Source: Octopus vulgaris (lineage: Eukaryota). Taken from it: a DNA stretch of 64,000 bases. This document shows, piece by piece, positions 12,618 through 25,891 of this stretch. The notes under the pieces were generated by a model. The model made no database searches. It was not told where the DNA came from and was given only the letters and a program-made list of their open reading frames with translations. The stretch is from positions 64,852,001 to 64,916,000 of the forward strand of contig OX597817.1 of the NCBI GenBank assembly GCA_951406725.2, written 5' to 3'. Within the stretch, counting starts at the first letter, position 1. Each line of letters opens with the position of its first letter. The position numbers and the translations under genes are program-made.

Positions 12618-14788
12618 GTAAGCAATCATTCCAATTTCTAAATAAGTGTGCAATATTGCTTTTAACTAGCTTATTTCTGTCCTTAGTTGATTGTATTAGT
12701 CTGTCTCCCCCAGGTTTGTTTTGCTATTTTACTCCACATGTATTTCAGTTTATTAATAATTTCCACTCTGATGCCTACCTTTGGCAATTCAGATTTCCTT
12801 ATTCAGTATTTAGACTCTCACATCATCCTATTTCACCTTTGTTTTCTTATAAGTGGCTCCTCAGTGTAACAACAGGTTTTAGTTTAAAAGACCTAAAATT
12901 CAGAGCATGTTTTCTTCATTATATAGGTGAGATTTAGTTTTGATGAAATGAATTTTCTACTGTCTACCCCTGCAATATATATCTATTTTAACAAAGCTTA
13001 TTGGGTGCCACACAGCACTCACTACTATTATCTCTTTTACTGTTTCTCTTTCCCCTCTCTCTCTCATAATAATTCACCTATTCCACCTCATCTATCATAC
13101 TCATGATACACATCTAATAGATTACTCAGCTTGTTCTTTTTTAGTTAGCAAAATTCTTCTACTTTTACTGTGGTTCTACTATGGTTCTACTATAGAACCA
13201 CACTTAACATTATACATATATCAGGAGATAGAAATCTTTTGTTATTATTTGTAAAATGTCAGTGAAGTACTGGACAAATGGCTTATATTATGTTCTGAGT
13301 TCAAATTCTGCCATGGTTGACTTTATCCTTTATCTTTCTGGGATTGATAAAATAGTAATTGTGATTTACTGTGTTGTTTTCCAAAATGTTTCCTTGTGTT
13401 TGTCAGAAACCATCAGTAAAAGTAGTTGAGCTGTGGAGTAGCAGAAATGGTACAATGCTACATAAAAACATTTTATACTTTTTAGTTACATCCTGTCTTC
13501 AAATGCTGCCATGGTTGATGCCTTTCATCCTTTTGGGTTGATAAAATAAGTACCACAATAGCTGGGGCATTAATTCAGTCAGCTGTATCCATTCTGTACA
13601 AGTTTGCAGCCTTGTGCCAATATCAGAAAGTCTTATTTGGTGGCATGACAAGGTAGAATAACCAGACTAATTATGCTTTACACTATTTTGTTTTATTTCT
13701 CTATGTTCCAAGTTCAAATCCCAACAAGGTTGAATTTTAACTACAATAAACATTTGTTGCTATGTTATTTATTAAGTTTCCTTCTTGTAGTAAATTATTC
13801 AGGAGAACCTTCTTTTATATTTTCTGATGTGTCACTGACTGCTACAAGCTACTGGCATACTGAATATTTTTTATCTATCTTAATATGTTTAGTAGGTGTG
13901 AGTTTAAAAAGTACTAGATAGTCAATAGGGTTATGAGTTTAAAAAATCTGTGTCCTTCTTAACTTAATATTGAAATTTTTCAGGTTGATAAAACTGAAAT
14001 GTTTTCATAAATCAAAGTAGCATCCCATCTGACCTGATATTTTTCAGGTTATGATAAGTTGTTGGTGTGGTTTTTACTAATAGCCTTTCATTCGAGCGAG
14101 CGTCTTTTGAACTCTTTCAGCTGATTTCCATTTCTCCAATTTGTTTTCTCAAAACCTTCCACTAGTTTTTATCATTGTTTCATACAACTGTGATGGTTAT
14201 GTTATTTAGAGGTGGGAAAGATTTTGCTATATTCTACTTATTTTTGTTTATTTACTTTGTGTGTTGTCTCCAAATTTTCCATGTGTTTACTCTCTATGCC
14301 CTAATTTTTGTAAAAAGATAAGGTGGGACTATGGATGTGGCTGGGGAAAATGTCTCTTGTTGGTCATTAGGACTTATGTGTTCATACAGACTTCTCCCAA
14401 CCAGATACCATATTTCATTACTTGCCTGTATTTGACCACAAAGACAATGAGAGGCAAAGGTCAACATCACTGAATGTCCCTCCCATTTATTGTGGAATAT
14501 GTTTGTGGGTAGGACTATGTGTAAGGGGGGATGCACCAACTTGGCTTGTCATGCCACTTCCTTGGTCATAAAGATCAGGTACACTCATACTTACCCAGTT
14601 AATGGAAACTATATTTCAATTTCAAGGTCAATTGAAAACCTCCTTCATTTTTGAAGTAGAGATAAATTATCTTTATCCTGATCTGTCTTTTGATAAATCT
14701 CCTTGGTCAAGAAGTCTTGCTTTAGCATCCAGCTGCTGACATGTTTTATCTTCTGGCTAATATTTAGTGCTTCTCTTTGTCTAGTGAC

Positions 14789-15005
14789 TAGCTGGCAGAA
14801 TTACTAGCATACTGAGCAGAATGCTTAATGGCATTTTGTCCATCTTTACATTCTGAGTTCAAATTCTGCCAAGGTCAACTTTGCTATTCATTCTTTCAGA
14901 GTTGATAAAATAAGTACCAGTTGAGCACTGGGGTTGATGTAATCAACTTATATACTTCCTTCCCCAAACTTCTTGGTCTTGTGCCAAAATTTGAAACTAA
15001 TAATA
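14789..15005 (+). mobile_element. tRNA-type SINE
   Basis: TGGCAGAA A-box-like and GAGTTCAAATTC B-box-like motifs, body gataaaataagtaccag, (AAT) tail; degenerate relatives at 13250-13740. Confidence 0.75.
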
Positions 15006-15280
15006 GTAAAAGAATTGTTACCTTTATTATAATTTTGGTTAATGCTATTTGTAGGCATTGTGGTATATTTGCTTGTGGAATCGTCTTTTATCTTTGTTTA
15101 AATATTTTTGTTTCTTTTGTTGAAATTTTGGGAACATATCTTGCTTGGTCACCATGTCTAATTTTTTAAAGTACTGTACTGCTTTCTCTTTATAAACCTC
15201 TTAGTTCTGTTAGAAATTAGAGATTTTGTTGAAATGCTGTTAATCTAGTTTAAAATTTGTATGAATCTAGAGGAAATTTG

Positions 15281-15850
15281 TTGAGAAGACCCAGCAAGCC
15301 AAGTGAGACCATAACCATGGCCTATGCCAGTGCAGCATAACCAGCACATTAAAAGTATCCTTCAACCATTGGGCAATAAACTGTACTTGCAAAGACCTGT
15401 CGAGTCAAGTGAAGTCATTGTTGTGGCCGATGACAGTACTACCTGATTTGCACTCGTGCCAATGGAATGTGAAAAGCACCATTCGAACGTGGTTGATCCC
15501 AGTGTCAGCTGACTGGTCCCGTGTCAGTGGCATGTAAAAAAAGGACCATTTGAGCGTGGTCATTGCTAGTGCCCCCTGACTGGCTACCCGTGCTGGTGGT
15601 ATGTAAAAAGCACCATTCAAGCGTGGTTGATGCCAGTACTGTCTGTCTGACTGTACCTCGTGCCGGTGGCATGTAAAAAGCACCCACTACACTCTCGGAG
15701 TGGTTGGCATTAGGAAGGGCATTCAGCTGTAGAAACCTTACCGGATCAGATTGGAGCCTTGTGCAGCCCTTTTGCTTGCCCTCAGTCAAACCGTGCAACC
15801 CATGTCAGCATGGAAAGTGGATGTTAAACGATGATGATGGTGATGATGAT
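15281..15850 (+). mobile_element. RTE LINE 3' UTR-only copy
   Basis: Starts at gagaagacccagcaagccaagtgag (ORF end), carries repeated GTAAAAAGCACC motifs, ends gttaaacgatgatgatg; reverse-complement relative of 2753-3350. Confidence 0.8.
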
Positions 15851-16314
15851 ATGTATAAAGAGAGACTCATCTAAAAAACAAAAAAAAATTTCATTCATAA
15901 ATGAAGTCATTAACCTTCCTGTTGAAACAAACAATTGTTTTGTATATAATGTGTAAATCTGTGTACAGCATTTATTACTATGTATATTTGTTTATACTTG
16001 TGTATCTCTGTTCTCATTGTCTAAGTTTTGTGTGTGTGCATGCATGTGCATGCACTTGCATGACTAGGATTGACATCTGTGTGTTCAGATATGTGTGCAC
16101 TTGTGTTTGTATTTATGTGCTCATTTTATGAATAATGTCTTTGTGTTAGTACTCAATGTATGCTTGTGTGCTTGTATTGCTAATGGGTTATTTTCTCTTG
16201 TCATTCAGATATGTTGTTAGAAATTTGTAATGTGTTGGTAAAATGATGAATAAAATTCTTCAATTTTGAAACTTCTTGGGGATCTGATCCCCTTGAAATT
16301 TTTTTGTGCACAAG

Positions 16315-16578
16315 AGCTTCTCATGTCCAACATAGCTCTCAGGGCGCTTACATTCTGTCATGTATGTTCACTGGCATTACACATCCAACAGAGCATACTA
16401 ACTTCATTCCTTGCAAGCTTATGCACGTCCTCAGTAGTCATAGCCCGTGTTTCACTGGTTGTTCACTGCATGGCTGTTCGCACACGTGTCATACAGTCTA
16501 CCTTTTACTCTGAGCAAGAGGTCCTTTGACACCAGCAGAGTTAGGAGCTCTCTGAACTTTGCCCAGGCTATTCTTATT
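16315..16578 (-). mobile_element. RTE LINE fragment
   Basis: Direct similarity to 3580-3840 (ends ...aactttgcccaggctattcttatt). Confidence 0.75.
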
Positions 16579-16579
16579 A

Positions 16580-18780
16580 CCCCTTATGTATTTCAATTAA
16601 ATATTAATATAATTGTGAATTTAGACTGGTTTCATGAACTACTCAACTTTTTTTTTTACATATTGACTTATTGTGATTTTTGGAACATATTTTAACAAAA
16701 GGTTCTTGAATCTGTTGCACAATTTTTGTCTCAAAGCAATTCAGATTACAAGTAAATTTAACTAAATATAAAATTATTTCCATTTTGTTTAAACATCACC
16801 ATAGAAATTGAGTTATTAGCTAATGTTCAGTTGAGTATGCAACAAAATTTTAATATAGAAAAGTTATGCACATTACTGTATTGTCAGTTGAACTTAAATA
16901 CATATAAGACATGGGTAGTAATAAAGGGAAAAAATAGAATGAAATACTGGAGTTTATCTTTAAAGCAAACTAGAAAATACACTTACCAGTAACTAAATGA
17001 AATAAGGTCACACACATATGTAAATACACAGAAACATAACAATGTTCACAATACAGATTGATCAAAATTTGTCACCCACCTTGCAAGTAAATTAAAATTA
17101 CGAGTAGTTAAAAAAATATATATAATCAAGTATGTGCATATGCACACACACATTCTCTCTCTCTTTTTATCATGGAAACTTGTAAAGCACATCACTCTAC
17201 ATAATGCAACCTTGCAGAATGCATACAGGAAAGTTGTTTTAACTGCTTGTCCACTTCGAGCATTCCTTGAAGACATTTGCAGCTCTACCTTTTGTGATCC
17301 TCGATTTTTCTGTAATTTATGGAGATTGATTGAATTCGGAGGGATATCCCTCTTGTAGGTTTTAGTTTTTCTCCCGGTAGTTATTATTTTGGCTGCAAAA
17401 TCAGCCCTCAACTGTGTTGTTACATGTGCTTGGAATTGCATTACTTTCGAGCTCTCCTGATTTGGTATATAGTATAAATGCATTAACAATACTCATATTT
17501 ACTATATACCAAACCCTATATCTCCACCATTTATTACCCAGTTGGTAGATTGGATACTGGTTCATCATTTGATTGTGCTGATCTAAACCACCCATGTTCT
17601 TGTTAAATCGAGGTTCACAAATGGGATGCCATTTTCATTCACTTGGTTGTGTACAGGTAGATAGAAAATTGATGTGCCTTTTATCACTGTGTAGTTGCTA
17701 GCAAATTTCCGTTCTGCTGTTGGATTATTTCACTTTTTTTTTAAAATTTTGCTTTTTTATATCCAATGACATCCCTTCCCTACTTGCAACTACTGTAGCA
17801 CATGTTTATGTTGCCATAGCTTCTAAATCCACTGCAAGTTTGACTGATCTGAAGAAATAATATATGGCCCTGGTTATAATGTGGGAGTGAGAAAATTCAG
17901 ACCACATTGTTTCCTAGGCCACGCTGGCTTACATCATTGTCCCCTTTCCTCTTTATAAAAATTGATCTCATAGCAGTACCCAGTATTGGCTTTATAAATC
18001 TTCCAAACTTCGATCCTCTATTTTATGGGTTTTCTAGGCATGTATGTTGGAATGTACTCACCATTTATATCCCACCATATCTTCATTAACAGATAGGTAT
18101 TTCCTTTGTTTGTGCAATGTTTTATATGCTACTTGGTTGTTGAAGACTCTTTTTAGGAAGTTGTCAAGATGCTTGAAAAAGTGGTAGTTGGTTAGTGAGA
18201 TTGCAGTTTTAAGTGTATTTTACCAATGTCTTAGCAATATTTCTCTGCTGTGGTGCCTTTGCTAGGATTCAATGATTCCATTTGCTGAACACCAAGCAGT
18301 AACCATAACCTTCTTTTGATATAAGTTTGGTTTGGGGATCATGTTTTGCTGTTTCACCTTGGTACAGTCAATGCACAGAACATTGTTGGTTATCATATAG
18401 AATCCATTTTACATCACATGTCACGAAATAGTCTAAAAATGGATTATTTTTGTTGCACATAAACAAGTGCAATACATTGTAATGGCAATCCACTCTCTCA
18501 TCTTTTAATTTTGTGGCACTCATTTTCTAATGTTGAACAACTGTTCAATAATCAGTATTCTTGAGTCGTTTTGCATGGGTCTGCTTTAATAATCTCAATT
18601 AGTTGTAGGTTATCGACATCCTTCCTCAACATCTAGGCTCTCAACACTACTATGAAATTTTTGGAACTAATATTGAGCTGTATTTACATTGATGATCCAC
18701 TGGCAAAATACTAGATTGATATTGCAAGCAGTTTCCACTGCTTTTGCAGTCTATTTTAAACTAGCATCATAAAATTGTTC
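16580..18780 (-). mobile_element. degraded piggyBac element, copy A
   Basis: MGGLDQHNQMMNQYP...NKWWRY...NMSIVNAFILY is a piggyBac transposase motif; nucleotide similarity to copy B; ends eroded. Confidence 0.8.
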
Positions 18781-18915
18781 AAATTTGCCTTTTTGCCCTT
18801 TTTATTTAGATCAGCAGTTTAAAATAAATAATAAATTCGAAAACAAAACCATTTGTGTAAATCAGCTTATCAAAATTTGCACTTCAAAATTCATATTACT
18901 TTTGAGTACACTTAA

Positions 18916-19133
18916 GCCTTTAGTATTTAAACTAGCCATATCTGGCCAGAATACTTTACCTGTGTTATGTTCAAACCAGATAAATCTGACCTCTCTCACC
19001 TACTCTACAATGTCATTCTAAAAATAATTACATTGTTGAAATCTCAAAGCTATGAGATAATGCATGATTAATTCAGATTGATGTGAATAAATAGACATTT
19101 TATATTTGACAGAGAAATCTGAATGCTAAAAGG
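18916..19133. mobile_element. TTAA-flanked piggyBac-type MITE
   Basis: TTAA-gcctttagtatttaaa ... tctgaatgctaaaagg-TTAA; second copy at 44503-44717. Confidence 0.8.
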
Positions 19134-19281
19134 TTAAATATAGGTATTCCAAAAAAGGCATCAAAGTTTAACAAAAACAACAATTATTTTTGCACCAACT
19201 TTATCTAGTTGACTATTCTTCTTCTTCACTAATATTCATAACAACTTTCTCTCAAGGGTCATATGAGTTTCATGTATTTAA

Positions 19282-21067
19282 TCCTTTCGTTACTATATTT
19301 TTGACCAAAATACAGCCCTCATGAGTTTCAATTAAATCTAACATAATCATGAATTTAGACTAGTTTCATTAAACAACTGCAATTTTTTTACTTATCAACA
19401 TATTAATGTGATATTTGGAACATAATTGAAGAAAGGGTTCTTAATCAATTCTATTGCATAATTTTTGTCTCAAAGCGACTATTATTACAGGTAAATCCAG
19501 GTAAACTGAGCAAAATATAAAAATTTTGTTTAAACATTACCATGGAAAATGAGTCCTTGGCTGATATTTAATTGAGGTATGCAACAAAATTTTGATATAG
19601 AAGAATTGTGCACATCACTAGATTATCAGTTGAATTTAATGCACAGAACAGGTGTAAAGGTAAAATAAACTGAAATACTGGAGTTTGTTTTTGAAGAAAA
19701 CTAGAAAATCAAATACAATTGAATGAAATATACTCACACACATACATGAATATGCAGGAACATATATAATAAAGATTTACAATAGAAATTAAATCAAAAC
19801 TTGTCACCTTACAGGTTAATTAAAATTATGGGTAAATTAAAATAAAAAGTTAAACTAAGTAAATTTGAAAAATATTTATACAATCTAATTATACATATGT
19901 ACAAACAATATTCACAATATTTCTATCATGGAAAGTTGTAAAACATCCTACTCTACATAACCTTGTGCATTCTGCAACCTTGCAGAATGCACATTGGAAC
20001 GACATTTCAACTGGCCATCCACTGGGAGTTTTTCTTTGTTCATGCAGACATTCACTGCACTCCCTTTTGCGACCCCCAATTTTTTTCTAATTTATGTAGA
20101 TTGGCTGAACTCAGAAGAATATCTCTCTGGCAGGCTTTGCTTTTCCTCCCTGCAGATATATTTTTGGAGGAATAACCTGCCCTCAACTGCAGATGGTCAC
20201 ACCGCTTGCGAGCCCCTCCTGATTTGGTATATAATATAAATGCATTTACAATGCTCATGTTTATTATATACCAAACCATCCTGTTATAATCAAGGTTCAC
20301 AAACGGGGTGCCATTTTCATCTACGCATGGTTGTGCACTGGTAGATAGAACATTTATCTGCCTCTTATCTCTGTATGCAGTCACTAGCAGATTTTCTTTC
20401 TGCTGTTGGATTATTTCACCTCTCTTTTTAATTTGGCTTTTTTTATATCCAACAGCAGCAGAGCAGCCCTTTTCTACTGTAGCACACGTATACATTGCCA
20501 CAGCTTCTAAATTCACTTCCTGAAAAAGATCCCATCTCCTCAGGAAAATTGTTAATAAAGCCTTTTTTAAACTTTTACTCCATTCTAGTGTAAAATCATC
20601 CTTGCTGTCTATGTCACTGCTTTCAGTTTCTTCAGAATCACTGCTTTTGGTTTCGGATACAGAAATATCCGATTCATTTTCATCCACCATGTACTTTTGC
20701 ACCCCATTCATTCTTTTCTTTGATATCTCCATATCTTCCATCTGTTGAAAAACCTTCAAATTCGGAATCACTGCTTGATAGCATGAAACTCCTCTCCATT
20801 TTCAAAGTTGAAAATAATTAACGCCGAAAAAATGTAGAAAAAATCTTCCAAAATTCATAGAGTTAAAATATCATGCCAAACAATGTTGGATACAATAACT
20901 CAACTGTTTGCAAAGTGAAATCAAGTGTTTTAACGAATGTACTATTGAGATTTGGGTTCATATTTACATTTAAATAACAATGGGTGCTCTTAACTGGCAG
21001 CGGCCGGGTTGATCTAATGAACCAAAAAACTATTCAGCCGGCTATGGCTGGGTTAGTAACGGAAGGG
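19282..21067 (-). mobile_element. internally deleted piggyBac element, copy B
   Basis: TTAA-tcctttcgttacta ... tagtaacggaaggg-TTAA; ORF 20052-20771 has piggyBac remnants (AYRDKRQINVLST, NMSIVNAFILY). Confidence 0.88.
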
Positions 21068-21071
21068 TTAA

Positions 21072-22003
21072 TGCACAATAGAACATGTGTACCATAAAGG
21101 TGAAATAAACTGAAATACTGGAATCCACCTAGATCCACCACAAGTTTGGCCGAACTAAAAAGAAATCCGTCATAAAATAATATACGGCCCTGGTTATGGT
21201 ATGGAAGTGATAAATTCCAGACCACTTTGTACCCTAGGGCATGCTAACTAACATTATTTTCCCTGTATAAAAACTAAATCCACAGCAGTACCCAGTATTT
21301 GCTTCACAAATCTTTCAAACTTTGATCCCCCATTTCGTGTGCTTTCCTGGCATATACTGTTTGTTTACATTCTGTGTAACAGTTTGTTTCCAAAGTGATT
21401 GCTTCAAACAAGCATACTGAAAAAAATAAAAGTCTAACAGTTTCGCTTCCTAAGAAAGACTATGGATAGACCTCATTTCCTCAGAAAAATTGATAATAAA
21501 AACATTTTAAAAGTTTTTACTTCATTCCAATGTAAAATCATCTTTGCTGTCGCTATCGCCACTTTCAGTTTCTTCAGATTGCTGCTTTTGGTTTTGGATA
21601 CAGAAATATCCTATTCATTCTCATACACCACATGCTTTTGTACCTCATTCATTCTTTTTCTCGATATTTCCATATTTTCCGTTGAAAAACCTTTAAATTT
21701 AGAATTACTGCTTGATAGCATGAAACAACTATCCATTTTCAAAGTTGAAAAAAAAAATCGACTCCGATAAAATGTGAAAAAAAATCTCCCAAAATTCACT
21801 GAGTTCAGATATCGCGTCAAGCAATGTTGGATACTTTAACTATTTACAAAGTGAAATCACGTATTTTCACAAATGTATTAACAAGATTTGTGCTTAAATT
21901 CACATTTAAATAACAGTGGGTACTCTAGGCTGGCTATGGCCGGTTGGTCTTATGAACCAAAAAAATTTTTCGGCCAGCCATGCCTGGGTTAGTATTGAAT
22001 GGG
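21072..22003 (-). mobile_element. piggyBac copy C, one terminus only
   Basis: About 21470-22003 parallels 20520-21067 and ends gggttagtattgaatggg-TTAA; begins at an element-internal TTAA. Confidence 0.8.
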
Positions 22004-23719
22004 TTAAAGATAAAATCACTACTTTAATGATTTCTATCAATATCCTTTTTTTTTTTTTCATTATGAAACCACAAAATGATGATTTAGGGAGGAAACTAAC
22101 CTTAGTATTTCACTTAAGTATTTTTTCAAACTCAAGTAGGATGGAAGGTAAAGTTGACAACGGTGGGATTTGAATTTGGAATATAAAGAGATGTGACTAA
22201 ATAGTATACAAATTTTTTTCCAAACATTCTTAATATTCTGTTATATAATAATTATGATTTTTTAAGCTGCCCTGAGGTAACAGAAATGTAATAAAGATTA
22301 TTGTCAATTGAATTCTTACTTGCACATGTCTAATTCTTATTTTCTTGTCTCTTGTGAGTTGTGGGCTGAAAGTTTACTTTTGAATATAGTGGTGTGAAAT
22401 TAGATATTAAAAATCATTTAGCCTAGTGTTCTGTTATTTCTAACAATTTTATGATTGGGTGTGAAACCTGAAAACCTGAGTGATAAAAGAATTATTTTAA
22501 CAAAATACAAGGAAGGGTTGACTGAATCAAACACTGTTATCACATTAACATTTACCTTATTGGATATGGTAGATTAGAACTTTACGGTATTTAGTTACAT
22601 CACTTTACATTCTGAGTTCCAATGACACTGGAATCAATTTTGTCTTTCTTTCAGATTCACTAAATAAGTGTCAGCAATTTAATTGAATGTGACTGTCCTT
22701 GAAATTGGTGACCTTGCACTCATGTTAAAAATAGATACTTATTTTATTGGCCCCACCTTTAGAATGTATTAAATATAGCCAACTTACTTGGAAGTTTAAC
22801 TGAAATCTGAACAAAATAATAGAAAATATTTAGTACGCTTGTCTATCATCTGTGGCTTTGGGAATTGGGTGGAAACTGCATCAATCTTACCCTCTCTTCT
22901 TTTTTAGTCTTGTGGTCAATACTAATTATAGTTTATGGATCCAGCATTTCATTTGAGAAAATCACTTAAGTTTTACAGTTTTCTAAGCTTTACTGCACAC
23001 TGGTTACACTGACATTGTATAGCTTCAGGTCAGCTTGGATTGAATAACCTATGACATATAGGTAATTGTTTCATTAACAAGATCTTTTCTTCCAGATATA
23101 CACATACCTCCAACTATCCGAGAATCTGTCACTGGTGTTGTTATTACAGTTGTTATAAGAGCTCATTCACCACCCCACCTTTCCACAGTTGTATGTTGAG
23201 ATAGGTTTGCAATGTTTTCACCATATATACTTAGATGCGTGGCAAGCTGTGAATGTAGGTGAAGTGATAGAGGATTGGACTGGGAGATTGAGCAGGGGCT
23301 GTAAGAATATGAGGAGAGATGGTTAGAGATGAGATTGAGGTGATTGCAGCAAGTGATGGTGAGAGTTATAGTAGTTGGGGTGGGGTATATGTAAGGACAT
23401 TGGGAGTGATAGCAGATAAAAGATGTTAAGGATGGGGTTTAGCAGAGAGGAGAGAGAGCATGGCTGAAGGCACAGAAAAGAGGTGATTGAAAACAGTGGG
23501 CAGGGAAGATTGAAAAATGGAAGTGGTTCAAGAGTGGGTGGGAGGGATGAAGATAACCAAAAGGTGAGGATTTAGTACCTGCCTATTCTGCTCTCAAGTG
23601 ATTCAGGTAGCCAAATAATACTTTAGAGAAGTGATGAGTGTTAGGGGATGAGATTTGGGGGAAATGCTTGTTGAGAATGGAGGTGGATCAGAGTCCTGCA
23701 CTTAGAAGCATTTACTAAG

Positions 23720-25645
23720 GTAGTTTTAGGATATCCGTTCTACTGTGGCGGACTGATCTTGAGCACAGCAAAGTGCCAGACATTTTGGTCTTTTGTCATC
23801 TCCTCCATGCGGCACTGTGATTTGAGATTGGCCTTCAATACTTCATTCCATATCTTCCTTGGTCTCCCTCTTCCACAACTTCCATCCACTTTTAGTGATT
23901 GGTACTTGTTTATGCAACTGTCTGCGTCCATATGCATCACATAACCAAACCAGTGCAGTCTTCTTTCTTGCACATTACATCTAATTCCCCTTATGCCTAA
24001 TTTTCTTTCAAAGCATGAGCACTCTGTCATACACGTGCACTGACATACATCCAGTGGATCATGCTAACTTCATTCCTCTCTAGTTTTCATGTGTCCTCTA
24101 CACTTAGATCTTTTGTTGCCATCAGAGGTAAAAACTCTGAATTTTCTCCATCCTATACTTATTTTAGCAATTACACTTTTGGAGCATCCTCTTCCACTGC
24201 TAATGAAGTTACTTAAGAAACAAGATATCTACTTATGTTAGAGAGCCTCCAAAACATTTGAGAAAATCAATTTCCCTGTATCTATAGACTTGATGGCTTC
24301 TCTGCATCTTCCAGACATAAACACTACCTCCTCTGTTAATCTTCCTGTGTGTCCATGGCTTGTACAGGGCACACCAAATGAAAGTTCTGCCTACACCTTT
24401 CTTACATATTGAGCAAGGCCATTTACCTGAAGAGGGTAGGATCCTGTCTGTTTTCTTGCTTACTAGAACCTTGGTCTTTGCTAATTTTAAGGCCCTTCAA
24501 TTCCAGGTTTTGCTTCCACTCCTGGAATTTCTTTTTTAGTTCTGTTAAAGATTCTGCTATGAAAAGAATCCTTTAAGGCCTGGAGGAGGATGATGAATAG
24601 GAAGGGGCTGAGAACTAAACCCTGTGAACACCAACCTACCTGTCCACTAAATTTGTCAACTTGTTATCTGTTACCTTACTGACAGCACCCCTGTACATGG
24701 CCTGTACAGCTTTCACAAGCCATTCATCTCTTCCTAGCTTCCTCAGAAACTACCACATCTTAGAGTGAGGTACTCTATTGAAGGCTTTCTCCAGGTCAAC
24801 AGATGTCAAGTACAATGGTTTATTCTTAGCTAAATACTTCTCTTGCAGTTGTTTGACTGTGAAAATAACATCAATAGCATTTCTCTTTTGCACAAAGCCA
24901 AACTGCATTTTATCTATTCTAATTCTGTTCTAATTAATTGGCCTATAACTCTCTCTCTCTGTAATATTGGTAGTTGATGCCTCTGCAATTACTTCTATTT
25001 AAGCCATCTTCCATATCCTTGTAACACTGACTATAATGCTACTACACCAGTCATTGGATGACACCTTCCTGAACAACCTGATTGACTATGTGTGATTATA
25101 CCATATCCTATTCTATCTGATATTTTATGCATCTCTGTTGTAATTCCTGATAGATCAGGGGCTTCCCCTGTCTTCATATCTTTAATTGCCTTATCTATCA
25201 TGCTGCTTTCAACTAGCTGGTCACTTTGTTGGATTCACATAGGCGAGACTCCCTTTCTCCCATTCATTCTCCACATTTAGTAGCTTTTCGTAGTTGCACT
25301 TTCACACCTTTTTTTTAGTGTCACTAACTGCAAGCATACCATTAGCCATCCATGCACACTTCTCTCCCACAACATTCAATTCTTTCTGATACACTGTCTA
25401 ACAATCCAGAACACTTCAGGTCTCTGTTCTTCATGCTGTAAAACATTGGTAAACCTCTTTCTTTCTGCTTCTTCTCTTGCTAGATAGACCTGTTGCCTAG
25501 CTTTCCTTTTAGCTACCTGATATAATTTTGTGGCACTTCCACTTTCCCACGCATTCCAAACCCATCTCTTTTATACCTCTGTCAACCTCACTGTTACATC
25601 ACCATGCTACTCTTGGTCTGCTAGAAACTTTGGTCTATCACCTTT
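23720..25645 (-). mobile_element. degraded RTE LINE including RT domain
   Basis: Minus-strand remnants MQFGFV, VDLEKAFNRV, GV-x-x-x-x-VLSP and LHWFGYV...GRGRPRKIWNEV, with stops and frameshifts. Confidence 0.85.
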
Positions 25646-25770
25646 AGTAAGTTATTCCATATAAATAACTATATTTATTAAAATACTTTGTGACGTAAAT
25701 TTTGTATTTAGTAATATGTATTGATTTTCTTTATTTGTTTTCCAGGTGGTCTGATGTCTGAAAGGTGAAC

Positions 25771-25891
25771 ATGAGTCCCCAGGAGGAGTACATTGAAACT
25801 GTCTTCACCTGTGAAGGGAATTTCTATGACCCAGATTTGCATGCGCGATTAGAACAGTTTCATCGGGGACTTAAGGATTTACTTTTAACAG
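25771..25891 (+). CDS. NCOA6: NCOA6-like, first coding exon (absent from ORF track)
   Basis: Acceptor tttgttttccag ends at 25745; ATG at 25771 reads MSPQEEYIETVFTCEGNFYDPDLHARLEQFHRGLKDLLLT, which resembles the start of the NCOA6 N-terminal domain (F-x-x-x-GN-x-x-D motif). Donor G|GTTGGT is phase 1 and joins the 40090 exon to make GAT (Asp) in frame. Confidence 0.88.

Noticed and set aside
14789-14870. tRNA gene calls from A/B-box motifs
   Set aside because: No cloverleaf; these are heads of repeated SINEs.
20052-20771. 239-aa ORF as a domesticated piggyBac gene
   Set aside because: Mosaic of internally deleted transposase pieces between TIRs, lacking most of the catalytic core.
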